A stretch of 34,038 nucleotides of DNA from an uncultured Lachnospiraceae bacterium (GTDB lineage: Bacteria; Bacillota; Clostridia; Lachnospirales; Lachnospiraceae): positions 64,001 through 98,038 of the forward strand of contig CAJUST010000011.1 of assembly GCA_910589105.1 (NCBI GenBank), given 5' to 3'. Under the pieces are notes generated by a model, which did no database searches, was not told the DNA's origin, and saw only the letters and a program-made list of their open reading frames with translations. Below are positions 9,580-20,506 of the stretch, piece after piece (the first letter of the stretch is position 1; every line of letters starts with the position of its first letter). A program made the position numbers and the translations under genes.

Positions 9580-11400
9580 TCATTGGCATAATGTACCAAT
9601 TAGTATTGCCTGCCTTTTCCGCTCCAGATGAAGATACGCATTTTGCAAGCGCATACCGTTTGTCGAATCGAATGATGAAAAAGCAAGAGACGGATGCCAA
9701 GGGATACACTGTCATGCGGGAGGAGGACAGGAAGGGTCAGACATACACTTATGGAGAAAAAGAATTTGCGGGTTATTACCGAAAAATGTTTTCAACTGAA
9801 AAAGTGGATTCCCAGACAGTTTCGTATACAAGGAAAAAAGCAGAGCAAACAGTTCCTTTTCCCGTTTATTTGGCGCCTGCGTGTGGGATTACTATTGCAA
9901 GGCTTTTGCATTGGAATGGCGTATGGACTGCATATTCAGCCAGAATATTCAGTTTGCTGTTTGTTGCGCTGTCAGGGGCTGTTTCTTACAGAATACCGCT
10001 ATACCAATTCTGATGCGGGGCTTCATTTGCGGGAAGCGACTATGGTCTTGCGGACAAATCAGGTGGAAGGAATGTTTTTTTCGCATTTTCAGTTTGCAAT
10101 GGTGTTTGAAATTTTACAGCCTTTTTGCGTGAAGTAACATGGTACAAAGGATATATTGCCGCAGATATTGCGTTTCAATGGCTGGAGATTTTGATTTTTT
10201 TTGTTTGGATAAAGAAGCTTGCGGCAGGTAAATTTTTGACGGCGCTTGTTTGTCTTACTGTGCCTTTCTATTATCTGGCGTATCCGATCCATAGTTTTTA
10301 TTTTTCATTCACTTACTGGGGATTGGGCGTATTGTTATTAATATATATTTTGCTACTTCTGCAAAGGGAGAGGGAGCGTATGGAGCGCCGTTCAATTGTT
10401 TTAGCCCAGCTTATGCTTGCCTGCTTTTCCCTTTGCGTCTGCTATATGTTGTTTGCGCCTGTGGCGTTTGTCTGCGTCTGGCTGGAATTGATGTGGGGCG
10501 GGGAGAAAAAAAGGCGTTTCTCTGCCAAATGTAAAGAGACGCATTTTGTGTTTTTACTGCCGTGCGCATTGGGGATTTATTTCTGCTATTTTGATTTTTT
10601 CTTCGGTCAGGGAACAAGTATTTTAGGAAGCATTCAAAATGAAGGCGGGATTTATTCAAATTTATTTGGAAATTTTATTCTTTTAATGCCAATGGCGGGG
10701 TATGGGTGGATACGGGGGATCAGGAAAAAACAGCCTCAGGCAGTGTGTTTTACCGGATTTTTGGTTTTTGCGGCGTGTATGCTGCTTGGCGCGCTGTATG
10801 GCAGGATTTCAGAATATTATTTTTATAAGAATTATTATCCTCTTTGGGCATTTAGCTGGTATTTTTTCTTTTGCGGGATTTCTATTTTATATAAAAAGAA
10901 CAGGGAATTAGCGGCGGCAAATTTAGGATGCTGTTTGCTCTGCGGCATTTTGGTTTTTAGCGGCATTGATGGGAGGTTTGTTTCTTCCATGGACGAAAGG
11001 AACGGCGTAGACAGGCATTACAGTGAGGCGTTTGAGCTTTATGCGTGGAACCGGATTTACCGATCTTGGGGGGCGGTCAGATCCGTCAAAAGGGCAGCTT
11101 GCGTTGTATGAATGGGTGATGGCAAATTGCCGGACAGACGGACTGGAAACGCCGCTTTTGACGGAAAAAGAAGATTATGCGGACTGTTGTTTTTATGAAG
11201 GCGTGGCCGGCTATGATTTGGGAGAGTTTTACGGGTGGCGGTATCCGAAAGAGGAGATCTTTAAGCGGATAAAAGAAAAAGGGATTTTGTACGCGGTTAT
11301 TTTAAAAAAGAGTGATTTTATAAAAAAGCATAAAGAAGCATTAGAGGAGTATCCGGTATTGTTTGAAAATGAAGCGGGTTATGTGATTGGCTTTGAATAA
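9570..11400 (+). pseudogene. Disrupted GT-C-fold (DUF2142/ArnT/PMT-like) polytopic membrane protein gene
   Basis: The N-terminal piece has a TM helix followed by SAPDEDTHF (the DE motif of GT-C glycosyltransferases) and further TM segments. The same frame continues with plausible protein through two in-frame TGA codons (10011-10013 and 10107-10109). It then switches frame near a G6 run (about 11067) into a soluble C-terminal domain ending at 11400. Confidence 0.45.
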
Positions 11401-11412
11401 ATGAGAAATTAT

Positions 11413-11440
11413 TGTAATGTAAGATACTTTTTTGTATAAT
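11413..11440 (+). promoter_or_regulatory. addBA promoter (TTGTAA-16-TGTATAAT)
   Basis: TTGTAA at 11413-11418 and TATAAT at 11435-11440, preceded by TG. The TTG 'start' at 11432 in the ORF track lies inside this promoter. Confidence 0.5.
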
Positions 11441-11488
11441 TATTGTAGGATACAAGCAGTTCTGGCAGAAAAGGATAAGGGATCGATT

Positions 11489-14400
11489 ATGGCATTACAA
11501 TTTATTTTTGGCAATTCCGGCAGCGGCAAAACGCATTTTATATCTCATAAAGTAGTTGAATTGGCGGCAGATTCGCCAAAGAAAAATTTTTTGTTTCTAG
11601 TGCCGGAACAGTTTACATTGCAGACGCAGAGGGAATTGGCGGCGGTACATAAAAATCACAGTATTTTAAATATTGACGTGTTAAGTTTTAACCGTCTGGC
11701 GTACCGTATTTTTGACGAGCTTGGCAGTTTCCGCGGGCAGGTCTTAGAGGAGACGGGGAAAAATCTGGTTTTAAGGCGGGTGGCGGAGGAAAAAGCGGAC
11801 GAACTGACTGTTTTAAAAAAGAATATCACGAAAATGGGGTATATTGAAGAATTAAAATCCCTGATTTCGGAATTGTCACAGTATAATGTTGCGCCGTCCC
11901 AGTTATTGGATGCATCGGAGAATATTTTAGATGGCAGTTTTTCGCATAAACTGCATGATGTGCAGATTATGTATCAGGGATTTTTGGATTTTTTGGAAGG
12001 GCGGTTTGTCACGGCGGAAGAAATTTTGGAACTTTTAACCGATGTGGCAGGGCAGTCGGAAATCTTAAAAGGAAGCGTAATCTTTTTTGACGGGTTTACC
12101 GGATTTACGCCGATTCAAAATTTGCTGCTGAACCGTTTGTTTGCCATTGCCGAGGAAGTTTATGTTACAGTGACGATTGACGTTAGGGAGAGTTTCTATC
12201 AGTGCGCAGGCAGCCATGAACTGTTTGCAATGAGCAAGAAAATGATAAAATCATTGCGGGAAATGGCGGATAGGATACATATTCCGGTCAGAGAGCCCAT
12301 TGTACTGCCACATTCCAAAGAGAGCCGTTTTGGGCATTCCAAAGAGCTCCTTTTTTTGGAACAGAACTTGTTCCGGCAAAAGGGAACGCGGTTTACGCTT
12401 TCAGACGAGCCGGATCTGAAACTATACAGTTTTAAAAATCCAAGAGCGGAGCTTCACTTTGTGGCAAGGGAAATAAACCGCCTGACACAGGAAGGCTTCC
12501 ATTATCGGGAGATAGCCGTAGTCTGCGGGGATTTGGCGGGGTATGCCAATTATGCGAAGGAAGTGTTTGCAAAATACCGGATACCATTGTTTCTCGATCA
12601 GAAATCGACGGCGCTGTTCCACCCGTTTGTGGAATTTTTACGCGCCGCGTTAGAGACAGTCCTTTATGATTTTTCGATGGAGAGCATATTTCGGTATTTA
12701 AGAAGCGGTTTGTCCCAGATTCCGGATAAGGAAGTGGACATATTAGAGAATTATTGTCTGGCGGCAGGCATTCGCGGTTATCGGAAATGGAAGGAAGCGT
12801 TTTGCTATCTGCCGAAAGGATACGACGAGGAATCTCTTATGGCGGTGAATGAAATCCGTGAAAAAGCAGCAGGCCAGTTTGCGGATTTTTATGATATTAT
12901 GAAAGAAAAGAATCTGACCGTGGAGCAGCGGACAAAAGCATTTTACCGTTTTATCTGTGACAGGGACGCCGAGAGGCAGCTAAAGCAGAGGGAATTGGCG
13001 TATGAACAAGCGGGGGATTTAAAGAATGCCAAAGAATATGCCCAGATTTACCAGATTATCATGGATTTGTTTGATAAAATGGCGGAGCTATTAGGCGGCG
13101 AGACGATTCCGCTGGAAGAATATGCGCGTATTTTGGATTCCGGATATGAAGCCGCAAAGGTGGGGATTATCCCTCCGGGATATGACCGCCTTGTCTTTGG
13201 GGACATTGAGCGGACGCGTCTTGAGCATATAAAGGCGTTGTTTTTCGTCGGGGTCAACGATGGCATAATTCCGAAAGCTCAGGGGGCGGACGGCATCCTT
13301 TCTGCGGCAGAGCGGGAACAGTTGGCGGGTTTTAATCTTGAGCTTGCGCCGACTGTGCGGGAACAGACGTTTATTCAGAAGTTTTATTTGTACCTGACTT
13401 TGACAAAGCCATCAGAGAAGCTTTACCTTTCTTATGCAAGGGTGAGCGGGGACGGAAGCGCAATGCGCAGTTCCTATTTAATCCATACGATTTTAAAGCT
13501 ATATGAAAATTTAAGCATCTGCGAAGTGGAGGACGAGCCTTTTCTGGAACGCATTGCCACGCCGGAAAGCTCCCGTGGGCTTTTAGTGGAAGGATTGCAA
13601 TCCGCGGCGGAGTGGAAACGGAAAAAGCGGGAAGATGAAATCCGCTGTTGGTCGGCTCTCTGCCGTTGGTATTTATCTAAGGAAGAATGGAGGCAGGAAG
13701 CTAAGCGTCTGTTTGAGGCGGCAAAGTATGTCTATGCCGATATGCCGATTTCCGCTTCCGTGACGAAAGCCCTCTATGGCGTGGAATTGGAAAACAGCGT
13801 GACGCGTCTGGAGAATTTTGCATCTTGCGCGTTTGCCCATTTCCTTACTTATGGGTTAAATTTAAAGGAACGCATAGAAAGCGGTTTTTATGCCGTGGAT
13901 TATGGGAATATTTTCCATGACGCGCTTCAGTTGTTTGCTGAGGGCATCCGTCAGAACAATTATAGCTGGCATACCATTACGAAAGAGGAGAGTGAGAGCC
14001 TTCTGGAAGAATCCATGGCTTTGGCGTTGGAGAAAAACCACAATTTGGCGTTGTATGAAAATGCGAGGAGCAACTATGCCAAAGAGCGGATGCGACGGAT
14101 ATTAAAACGGACAGTCCATGCCCTTTTGTATCAGGTCCGGCAGGGGAGGTTTACGCCGGATGAGTTTGAAGTTTCGTTTTCGTACACAGAAGATTTAAAT
14201 GCTGTTAATTTCCGTCTGAGTGAAGAAGAAAGAATGCGTCTGCGGGGACGGATTGACCGCATAGACACATTAAAGGAAAACGAAAAATTATATGTGAAAA
14301 TTATTGATTATAAGTCGGGAAATACCAGTTTTCAGTTCTTAAACGTCTACCATGGGCTTCAGCTTCAGTTAGTTGTCTATATGAACGCCGCATTAGAACT

Positions 14401-14926
14401 GATGGAGAAACGCTATCCTGAAATTACTGCCGTTCCGGCAGGCATTTTCTATTACCATGTCAATGATCCGATGGTTGAAGCAGATGAAACGCTTGTAGAG
14501 GAAGAATTAAATGAAAAAATATTCCGTGAGTTAAAGCTAAACGGCGTTGTCAATGCAGACAGGGACGTGATCGAAAGTTTGGATGTTTCTCTTAGAGAAG
14601 GAGAGGGCAAAAATTCCAGCGTAATTCCGGTTGGAATTAACAAAGACGGCAGTTTGAAAAAGACTTCCAAAACTTTGACGGCAGAAGACTTTGGGGCGCT
14701 GTCCTCTTATGTCAATGAGACGATACTGCATTTGGGACAGCGCATAATTCAGGGGGATATTGGCTCAAACCCGTATTCGCTGGACGGGAAGACAGGCTGT
14801 GATTACTGTGAGTTCAAAAGCGTCTGCCAATTTGACGTAAGGGCGCCGGGATATGCGTACCGGAAATTAGAGGAGCTGTCCGAGGAGGAACTTTTATTCA
14901 GGATTAGAGAGAAAAAGGAGAAGTGA
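11489..14926 (+). CDS. addB: Helicase-nuclease AddAB, subunit AddB (RexB), with a C-terminal Fe-S cluster nuclease domain
   Basis: MALQFIFGNSGSGKTH N-terminus with Walker A. The C-terminal Cys cluster CDYCEFKSVC is typical of the Firmicutes AddB Fe-S domain. RBS aaggataaggg. The stop overlaps the addA start. Confidence 0.9.
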   Translation: MALQFIFGNSGSGKTHFISHKVVELAADSPKKNFLFLVPEQFTLQTQRELAAVHKNHSILNIDVLSFNRLAYRIFDELGSFRGQVLEETGKNLVLRRVAEEKADELTVLKKNITKMGYIEELKSLISELSQYNVAPSQLLDASENILDGSFSHKLHDVQIMYQGFLDFLEGRFVTAEEILELLTDVAGQSEILKGSVIFFDGFTGFTPIQNLLLNRLFAIAEEVYVTVTIDVRESFYQCAGSHELFAMSKKMIKSLREMADRIHIPVREPIVLPHSKESRFGHSKELLFLEQNLFRQKGTRFTLSDEPDLKLYSFKNPRAELHFVAREINRLTQEGFHYREIAVVCGDLAGYANYAKEVFAKYRIPLFLDQKSTALFHPFVEFLRAALETVLYDFSMESIFRYLRSGLSQIPDKEVDILENYCLAAGIRGYRKWKEAFCYLPKGYDEESLMAVNEIREKAAGQFADFYDIMKEKNLTVEQRTKAFYRFICDRDAERQLKQRELAYEQAGDLKNAKEYAQIYQIIMDLFDKMAELLGGETIPLEEYARILDSGYEAAKVGIIPPGYDRLVFGDIERTRLEHIKALFFVGVNDGIIPKAQGADGILSAAEREQLAGFNLELAPTVREQTFIQKFYLYLTLTKPSEKLYLSYARVSGDGSAMRSSYLIHTILKLYENLSICEVEDEPFLERIATPESSRGLLVEGLQSAAEWKRKKREDEIRCWSALCRWYLSKEEWRQEAKRLFEAAKYVYADMPISASVTKALYGVELENSVTRLENFASCAFAHFLTYGLNLKERIESGFYAVDYGNIFHDALQLFAEGIRQNNYSWHTITKEESESLLEESMALALEKNHNLALYENARSNYAKERMRRILKRTVHALLYQVRQGRFTPDEFEVSFSYTEDLNAVNFRLSEEERMRLRGRIDRIDTLKENEKLYVKIIDYKSGNTSFQFLNVYHGLQLQLVVYMNAALELMEKRYPEITAVPAGIFYYHVNDPMVEADETLVEEELNEKIFRELKLNGVVNADRDVIESLDVSLREGEGKNSSVIPVGINKDGSLKKTSKTLTAEDFGALSSYVNETILHLGQRIIQGDIGSNPYSLDGKTGCDYCEFKSVCQFDVRAPGYAYRKLEELSEEELLFRIREKKEK

Positions 14927-14927
14927 C

Positions 14928-17900
14928 ATGGACTGGACAACCGAACAAAAGCAGGTAATTACCTTAAGGGACAGGAATATCTTGGTTTCCGCCGCGGCGG
15001 GAAGCGGCAAAACAGCCGTTTTGGTTGAGCGGATCATTGGCAGGATTTTAGATCAAACGCATCCAATGGATATTGACCGTATGCTGGTTGTGACATTTAC
15101 TTCCGCCGCCGCCGCGGAAATGCGGGAGCGTATCGGAGCGGCGATAGAAACTGCATTGGAGGAAAATCCTTACGACAGCCATCTGCAAAAGCAGGCGGCT
15201 CTTGTGCATCACGCGCAGATTACGACAATCCATAGTTTTTGCCTGTATTTAATCCGCAGTTATTTCCACCGCGTTGATTTAGAGCCGAATTTTCGGATTG
15301 CGGAAGAAGGAGAGCTGAATCTGCTTCGGGAAGACGTCATGGCAGAGGTTTTAAATAAAAATTATGAGGAAGCAGGCGAATCCTTTCTGCGTTTTGTGGA
15401 ATGTTTTGCAGTTGGGAAAACAGATGAAAAATTAAAAGATATGACGTTAAAAATGTATCAGTTTGCCATGAGCAACCCATGGCCAAAAGAATGGCTTGAT
15501 AAAGCATCGGCGGACTATCAGTTTCAGACATTTGAGGAACTGGAGCAAAAGCCATTTATGAAGGCTCTGATGGATTATTTACAAAAAATGTTAGAAAGCA
15601 TAAGCGCTATCGCGCAGAGCAATATCAGGCTGGCAAGCGAGCCCGACGGGCCGGATTATTTGAAAGAGACGGCAGAGCGGGACGCTTTGCGTATCCGGCA
15701 TTTGGCAAACGCTTCAGATTACCGGAGCATATCTGCGCTGGCGGCAGGCTTTTCTTTGGACAGGCTGCCGTCAAAACGGGGGTATGAAGGAAGCATTGAA
15801 AAATTAGAATTGTTGAAGGAACAGCGGGATACGATTAAGTCCGCCATGAAAAAAATGAAAACGGAGTTCTTTTTTGCAGACGAAGACGCATTGATGGAAC
15901 GTATGTGGCAGATGGCTCCAGTTGCCGGAGAACTGACGCGTCTGACAGCGGAATTTATCGATGCGTTTGAGAAAAAGAAACGTGAAAAAAATATTTTGGA
16001 TTTTGATGATTTAGAGCATTTTGCATTAAAAATCCTGCTTGATGAGGAGACAAAAGAGCCGACAGAAGCCGCGATCCAATGCAGGAAACTATTTGAAGAA
16101 GTGATGATTGATGAGTATCAGGACAGCAATCTTGTCCAAGAATGTCTGATGCGGGCTGTTTCGAGAGAGGAGACGGGAGAATTTAACCGCTTTATGGTCG
16201 GGGACGTGAAACAGAGCATTTACCGCTTCCGTCTGGCAAGACCAGAGCTGTTTATGGAAAAATATGAAACTTACACAGAGGAAGCTTCTTCCTGCCAGAA
16301 AATAGAATTGCATAAAAACTTTAGGAGCCGTGTAGAGACGCTTGATTTTGCGAATGGGATCTTTTATCAGATTATGAAAAAAGATCTGGGGAATATTGAA
16401 TACAACGATGCCGCCGCCCTCTATTGCGGAGCCGTCTATCCCGAAAGCGGCTCCATGCAGGCGGAACTTATCGTTTCTGACAGTCAGGACGAATTTGCCG
16501 CAGAAGCGGGACTTTCTGATCCGATCCGTCTTGAAGCGGAAATTGTTTCTTCGAGAATCCGGAGAATGATGAAAGAGCAGCAGGTAACAGACAAGAAGAC
16601 AGGAAAGCTCCGCCCGATCCGCTATTCCGACATTGTTATTTTGCTTCGCAGTTTTGGGAATTATGCCGACACATTTTTAGAAGTGTTTGGGCAAAAGAAA
16701 ATCCCTGCCCATGCAACGTCAAAGACCGGATATTTTCAGGCGCCGGAGATTCAGACAATTTTAAGTCTGCTTCGGATACTGGATAATCCAAGGCAGGATA
16801 TTCCGCTTGCGGCGGTGATGCGTTCGCCCATTGGAGGATTTACCGATGAAGAACTAGCCATTTTAAAAACAGCCGGAATGAAAAAAGCATTTCATTGCTG
16901 TGTATTGGAATCCGATGCATCCAGTCTTTCGGAGGGCTTATATGGCAAGTTAAACTGTTTTTTAGAGGAACTGTCCAAATTCCGCGCCCTTGTGCCTGCG
17001 CTTCCAATTCATGAACTGCTGTACCGGATTTTAGAGGAAACCGGATACGCCCGTTATGCGGCGGCTATGCCAAATGGGACGAAAAAAAAGGCAAATATTG
17101 AAATGTTGTTAGAGAAAGCCGCCGCATATGAGAAAACAAGTTACCGTGGTTTGTTCCATTTTATCCGTTACATTGACAGATTACAGAAATATCAGGTGGA
17201 TTACGGGGAAGCGGACGTAGTGGCTGAAAATGCCAATGCAGTCAGGATTATGACGATTCATAAAAGCAAGGGTTTGGAATTTCCCGTCGTTTTTTTGTGC
17301 GGCGCAGCAAAAATGTTTAACCGTATGGATGCCAGAAGCAGTTTGATTATCCATCCGGATTTAGGGGCGGCGTTAGAATATATTGATCCAGAGCTTCGCA
17401 TCCGCGGCGCAACTCTTTATAAAAAAGCGGCGGCAAAGCAGTTAGAGCTGGAAAATTCTGGTGAGGAGCTCCGCGCGCTTTACGTCGCGCTTACCCGCGC
17501 CAAAGAAAAACTGGTGGTAACAGGCGTATCGAAAGATATGAAGAAACGGCTGGAAAAAATGAAACGGCAGGAAAGGCAGCCGTTATCCTTTTTTCAGCGG
17601 GCGGGCGCAAATTCTTATTTGGACTGGCTTTTGCCGGCTGTGGCGGCGGCAGGTTTTACGGATCTCCTTCAAGTATGGAACGTGACTGATTTGGTGGAAG
17701 AAGAAGCGGAAGACAAATTGGACGAGGCTGAAGGCATAAGCGCGCTTTTGTCAGACTTTTCCAAGCCAAACGAAAAGTTTGATGCATATGTTGATCGGAA
17801 GTTGTCTTATAACTATCCAGATATAGTGGAAACGACGCGTAAAACAAAATATTCCGTATCCGAATTAAAGCACAGATCGGCTCTGGCGGTGTATGAACCG

Positions 17901-18506
17901 GAGGAATTGCCTGTAGGGCAAGAGAAAATGGAGGAATACGCGCCTTATATCCCACGTTTTGCCGGAGGGGAAACGGAACGAAGTTTTGGGACGCTATATG
18001 GAAACGCGATGCATCGCGCGGTGGAATGCCTTCCAATTGAACAGATTGCCGGAAAGCCGGATCTGGAAGAACTCTTGGAACAATGGTTAAACAGGCTGAC
18101 GGAATCCGGAAAAATCAATGAAGAAGCGCGGTCTTACATACAGATGCCAAAATTAGTCTGTTTTTATAAGTCCCCTCTGGCTTTCCGTATGAAACAAGCG
18201 GCAAAAGAAAAGGAGCTTTATACGGAACAGCCTTTTGTTATGGGACGGCCCGCAGATGAAATTGAGCATGACGGAAGCAATACCATGGTGTTAATTCAGG
18301 GAATTATTGACGCTTTCTTTATCGAGAAAGACGGCATTGTTTTAATTGATTATAAAACGGACAGAGTGAAAACGAAAGAAGAATTGATACGGCGGTATCG
18401 AAAGCAGCTTGAACTTTATCAGGAAGCTTTGGAACAAAATCTGGGCAAAAAAGTCAAAGAAAAAATTATTTACTCGTTTGCGCTTGGCGGGGAAGTTGTG
18501 ATTTAA
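14928..18506 (+). CDS. addA: ATP-dependent helicase/nuclease AddAB, subunit AddA (UvrD-like helicase plus RecB nuclease)
   Basis: MDWTTEQKQVI...VSAAAGSGKT, 1192 aa, C-terminal nuclease motif GIIDAFF...IDYKTD. Confidence 0.9.
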   Translation: MDWTTEQKQVITLRDRNILVSAAAGSGKTAVLVERIIGRILDQTHPMDIDRMLVVTFTSAAAAEMRERIGAAIETALEENPYDSHLQKQAALVHHAQITTIHSFCLYLIRSYFHRVDLEPNFRIAEEGELNLLREDVMAEVLNKNYEEAGESFLRFVECFAVGKTDEKLKDMTLKMYQFAMSNPWPKEWLDKASADYQFQTFEELEQKPFMKALMDYLQKMLESISAIAQSNIRLASEPDGPDYLKETAERDALRIRHLANASDYRSISALAAGFSLDRLPSKRGYEGSIEKLELLKEQRDTIKSAMKKMKTEFFFADEDALMERMWQMAPVAGELTRLTAEFIDAFEKKKREKNILDFDDLEHFALKILLDEETKEPTEAAIQCRKLFEEVMIDEYQDSNLVQECLMRAVSREETGEFNRFMVGDVKQSIYRFRLARPELFMEKYETYTEEASSCQKIELHKNFRSRVETLDFANGIFYQIMKKDLGNIEYNDAAALYCGAVYPESGSMQAELIVSDSQDEFAAEAGLSDPIRLEAEIVSSRIRRMMKEQQVTDKKTGKLRPIRYSDIVILLRSFGNYADTFLEVFGQKKIPAHATSKTGYFQAPEIQTILSLLRILDNPRQDIPLAAVMRSPIGGFTDEELAILKTAGMKKAFHCCVLESDASSLSEGLYGKLNCFLEELSKFRALVPALPIHELLYRILEETGYARYAAAMPNGTKKKANIEMLLEKAAAYEKTSYRGLFHFIRYIDRLQKYQVDYGEADVVAENANAVRIMTIHKSKGLEFPVVFLCGAAKMFNRMDARSSLIIHPDLGAALEYIDPELRIRGATLYKKAAAKQLELENSGEELRALYVALTRAKEKLVVTGVSKDMKKRLEKMKRQERQPLSFFQRAGANSYLDWLLPAVAAAGFTDLLQVWNVTDLVEEEAEDKLDEAEGISALLSDFSKPNEKFDAYVDRKLSYNYPDIVETTRKTKYSVSELKHRSALAVYEPEELPVGQEKMEEYAPYIPRFAGGETERSFGTLYGNAMHRAVECLPIEQIAGKPDLEELLEQWLNRLTESGKINEEARSYIQMPKLVCFYKSPLAFRMKQAAKEKELYTEQPFVMGRPADEIEHDGSNTMVLIQGIIDAFFIEKDGIVLIDYKTDRVKTKEELIRRYRKQLELYQEALEQNLGKKVKEKIIYSFALGGEVVI

Positions 18507-18632
18507 CTGATGAAAACATACTTTTTTCATATTTTCATCAAAATCTTAACATAAATTCGCCATATACTTACTTTTGTAAACGAAAACAGAAGAAAGCAGG
18601 ATAAAGGGTTTTAAGAAAGGAGCGTTTTTTAT

Positions 18633-19835
18633 ATGGGAAGTTCAAAATTTATGGGTAAGGTAACGAAATGCGCGGCTCTGGCTCTGGTGTTTGGAGTGGT
18701 TGGAGGAACAGCGTTTTCCGGAGCGAATTATTTTATGGAAAGTAATCTCTTTGCAGATGGAAAAGAAGTGACTGAGGAGGGAAAGACGATTGATTCCGAC
18801 AAGATTCAGCCGGTGAGCACAGGGGCGACTTCCGCTTCCACAGATATTTCAGGCGTGGTAAAAGACGTTATGCCATCGATTGTATCTATTACGAGCATGA
18901 CGCAGCAGGAAATTTTAAGCTTTTTTGGACAGAACAGAATGTTTGAAAGTGAGAGCAGCGGTTCCGGAATTTTGATTGATAAAGATGACGAGTATTTGTA
19001 TGTTGCGACGAATAATCATGTGGTAGAAGGCGCGAATGCTTTGACGGTGCAGTTTTCCGATGAGACGACGGCTCCCGCAACGGTGCGCGGCACAGATCCG
19101 GCCGATGATTTGGCGGTTGTCCAGATAAAGCTGTCAGATTTGACAGAGGAAACTTTGAAAACAATACAACTTGCGGTTATGGGCGATTCGGAAAAGATTT
19201 CTGTCGGGGATTCCGCGATCGCTATCGGTAACGCGTTAGGGTACGGTCAGTCGGTGACAACTGGCGTGATTAGCGCATTAGGGCGTGAGGTGACATTTCA
19301 GGATGAATCTACCGGAGAGACCGTAATGAGCCGTCTGATTCAGACGGATGCGGCAATTAATCCGGGCAACAGCGGCGGAGCGCTGATTAATACAAAAGGC
19401 GAGGTAATCGGGATTAATTCTTCAAAATATTCAGATACGAAGGTAGAGGGTATGGGCTTTGCGATTCCAATCGCGACGGCAGGCCCGATTTTGGAAGATT
19501 TGGTTGCAAACGGGAAAGTGACGACGACAGGCAGCCCATATCTTGGCATTTATGGAAAAGAGGTAACGGAAGAAGTTTCCAGCCAGTACCAGATGCCGCG
19601 TGGCGTTTATGTTGCGCAGGTGATTGAAGGCGGCGGAGCCGAGGCAGCCGGCATAATCGAGGGCAATATTATTACGAAAGTGGGAGATAAGGAAATCGTG
19701 TCCATGGACGATTTAAAAGAGGCGCTCAGGGATTATCAGGTTGGAGATGCGGTAATGGTTACAGTTCAGGTAGCGGACAACGGCGGGTATTTGGAAAAGG
19801 AGGTTTCCGTTTCATTAACGGCTAGGACGGACTGA
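18633..19835 (+). CDS. htrA: HtrA/DegP-family trypsin-like serine protease with an N-terminal TM anchor and C-terminal PDZ domain
   Basis: The catalytic-triad context includes GNSGGALIN. A PDZ-like C-terminus. RBS aaaggag. Confidence 0.8.
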   Translation: MGSSKFMGKVTKCAALALVFGVVGGTAFSGANYFMESNLFADGKEVTEEGKTIDSDKIQPVSTGATSASTDISGVVKDVMPSIVSITSMTQQEILSFFGQNRMFESESSGSGILIDKDDEYLYVATNNHVVEGANALTVQFSDETTAPATVRGTDPADDLAVVQIKLSDLTEETLKTIQLAVMGDSEKISVGDSAIAIGNALGYGQSVTTGVISALGREVTFQDESTGETVMSRLIQTDAAINPGNSGGALINTKGEVIGINSSKYSDTKVEGMGFAIPIATAGPILEDLVANGKVTTTGSPYLGIYGKEVTEEVSSQYQMPRGVYVAQVIEGGGAEAAGIIEGNIITKVGDKEIVSMDDLKEALRDYQVGDAVMVTVQVADNGGYLEKEVSVSLTARTD

Positions 19836-19905
19836 TGGTTTGGCTTTTGGCATAGTCCTAGCTTTTACTGCAAATACTGCAAATTAGAATAAGAAAGGCA
19901 AAAAA

Positions 19906-19938
19906 CCCTTGAAAATAATATATTTTCAAGGGTTTTCC
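19906..19938. terminator. Bidirectional rho-independent terminator
   Basis: A perfect 12-bp stem (cccttgaaaata / tattttcaaggg) with a 3-nt loop. It is flanked by an A-run on the left and a T-run on the right, so it reads as hairpin plus U-tract on either strand. Confidence 0.6.
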
Positions 19939-20017
19939 ATAATTTGTTATGTTGATGATTATCTCCTGCATAAGTTCAAAGCCTTATTTTTCGGCAATCA
20001 TAAACATTCATATTCAC

Positions 20018-20412
20018 TCACTTAGGTTTATTCAGGCTGTTTAATGTATGATTTATGTCCATCAAAACAATCTGGATTCCTCTTTTATTTAGTCTGATCA
20101 CCTTTTTCACAATACCATTTATTTCTGCCGTCAGTTTATCATTTATCTTGACCGGCACAGTATTGTTTTTAATCATATACTGACAGTCAATATACTCTTT
20201 ACTTACAGGACAAACATTCTGAATTAAAAAAGCTCTATATTTACCATTTACATATCCGAATCGTAAACCATCGTATTCCTTATAACGTTTTTCTTTTCAT
20301 TATATAAATATCTTATACTTTTCCGTTTTAGATGATATAGGAACCATCCATAAATATCCTTCCATTTCAAAACAATAAAAACAGGGTCTCCCATGTACAC
20401 CCTTTTCATCAT
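20018..20412 (-). pseudogene. Cryptic hypothetical ORF of about 138 aa, disrupted by a +1 frameshift in a poly-A/T tract (plus-strand T5 at 20288-20292), inside an AT-rich island
   Basis: On the minus strand, MMKRVYMGDPVFIVLKWKDIYGWFLYHLKRKSIRYLYNEKK (54 codons) is followed, in the +1 frame and without a start codon, by 90 codons (RYKEYDGLRFGYVNGKYRAF...RGIQIVLMDINHTLNSLNKPK). Adding one A to the A5 run fuses the two. Neither piece is in the supplied ORF track. Confidence 0.35.
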
Positions 20413-20506
20413 TATCTTTATTTCCCATCAATCCACAATTTGGAAAGCATTATAATATTCATCCTTAATAAAATAAAAGTTACCTGTATTCAAATTATTT
20501 CCTATG

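Noticed and set aside
9528-9580. Apparent frameshift at the A- and T-runs between the 9343 ORF and the 9570 ORF
   Set aside because: It is better explained as two separate genes whose stop and start overlap (ATGCTGCTGA). The downstream ORF begins with its own first TM helix and the GT-C DE motif, so it is an N-terminus, not a continuation.
10011-10109. In-frame TGA codons as selenocysteine or alternative-genetic-code (UGA=Trp/Gly) recoding
   Set aside because: TGA is used as an ordinary stop elsewhere in the window (addB at 14924-14926, small ORF at 3777-3779). No SECIS-like hairpin is evident. A frameshift occurs in the same gene. A pseudogene is the simpler explanation.
18509-18531. Terminator after addA
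   Set aside because: Only a 7-bp all-A/T stem (atgaaaa/ttttcat). It is too weak to call.
365-19549. Many short antisense or overlapping ORFs of 60-126 aa inside mglB, mglA, mglC, purH, ackA, addA, addB and htrA (for example 365-652, 1515-1772, 7438-7749, 13048-13266, 17656-18036, 18889-19164)
   Set aside because: They lie wholly within well-supported genes on the opposite strand or in another frame. They have no ribosome-binding sites and give low-complexity translations.
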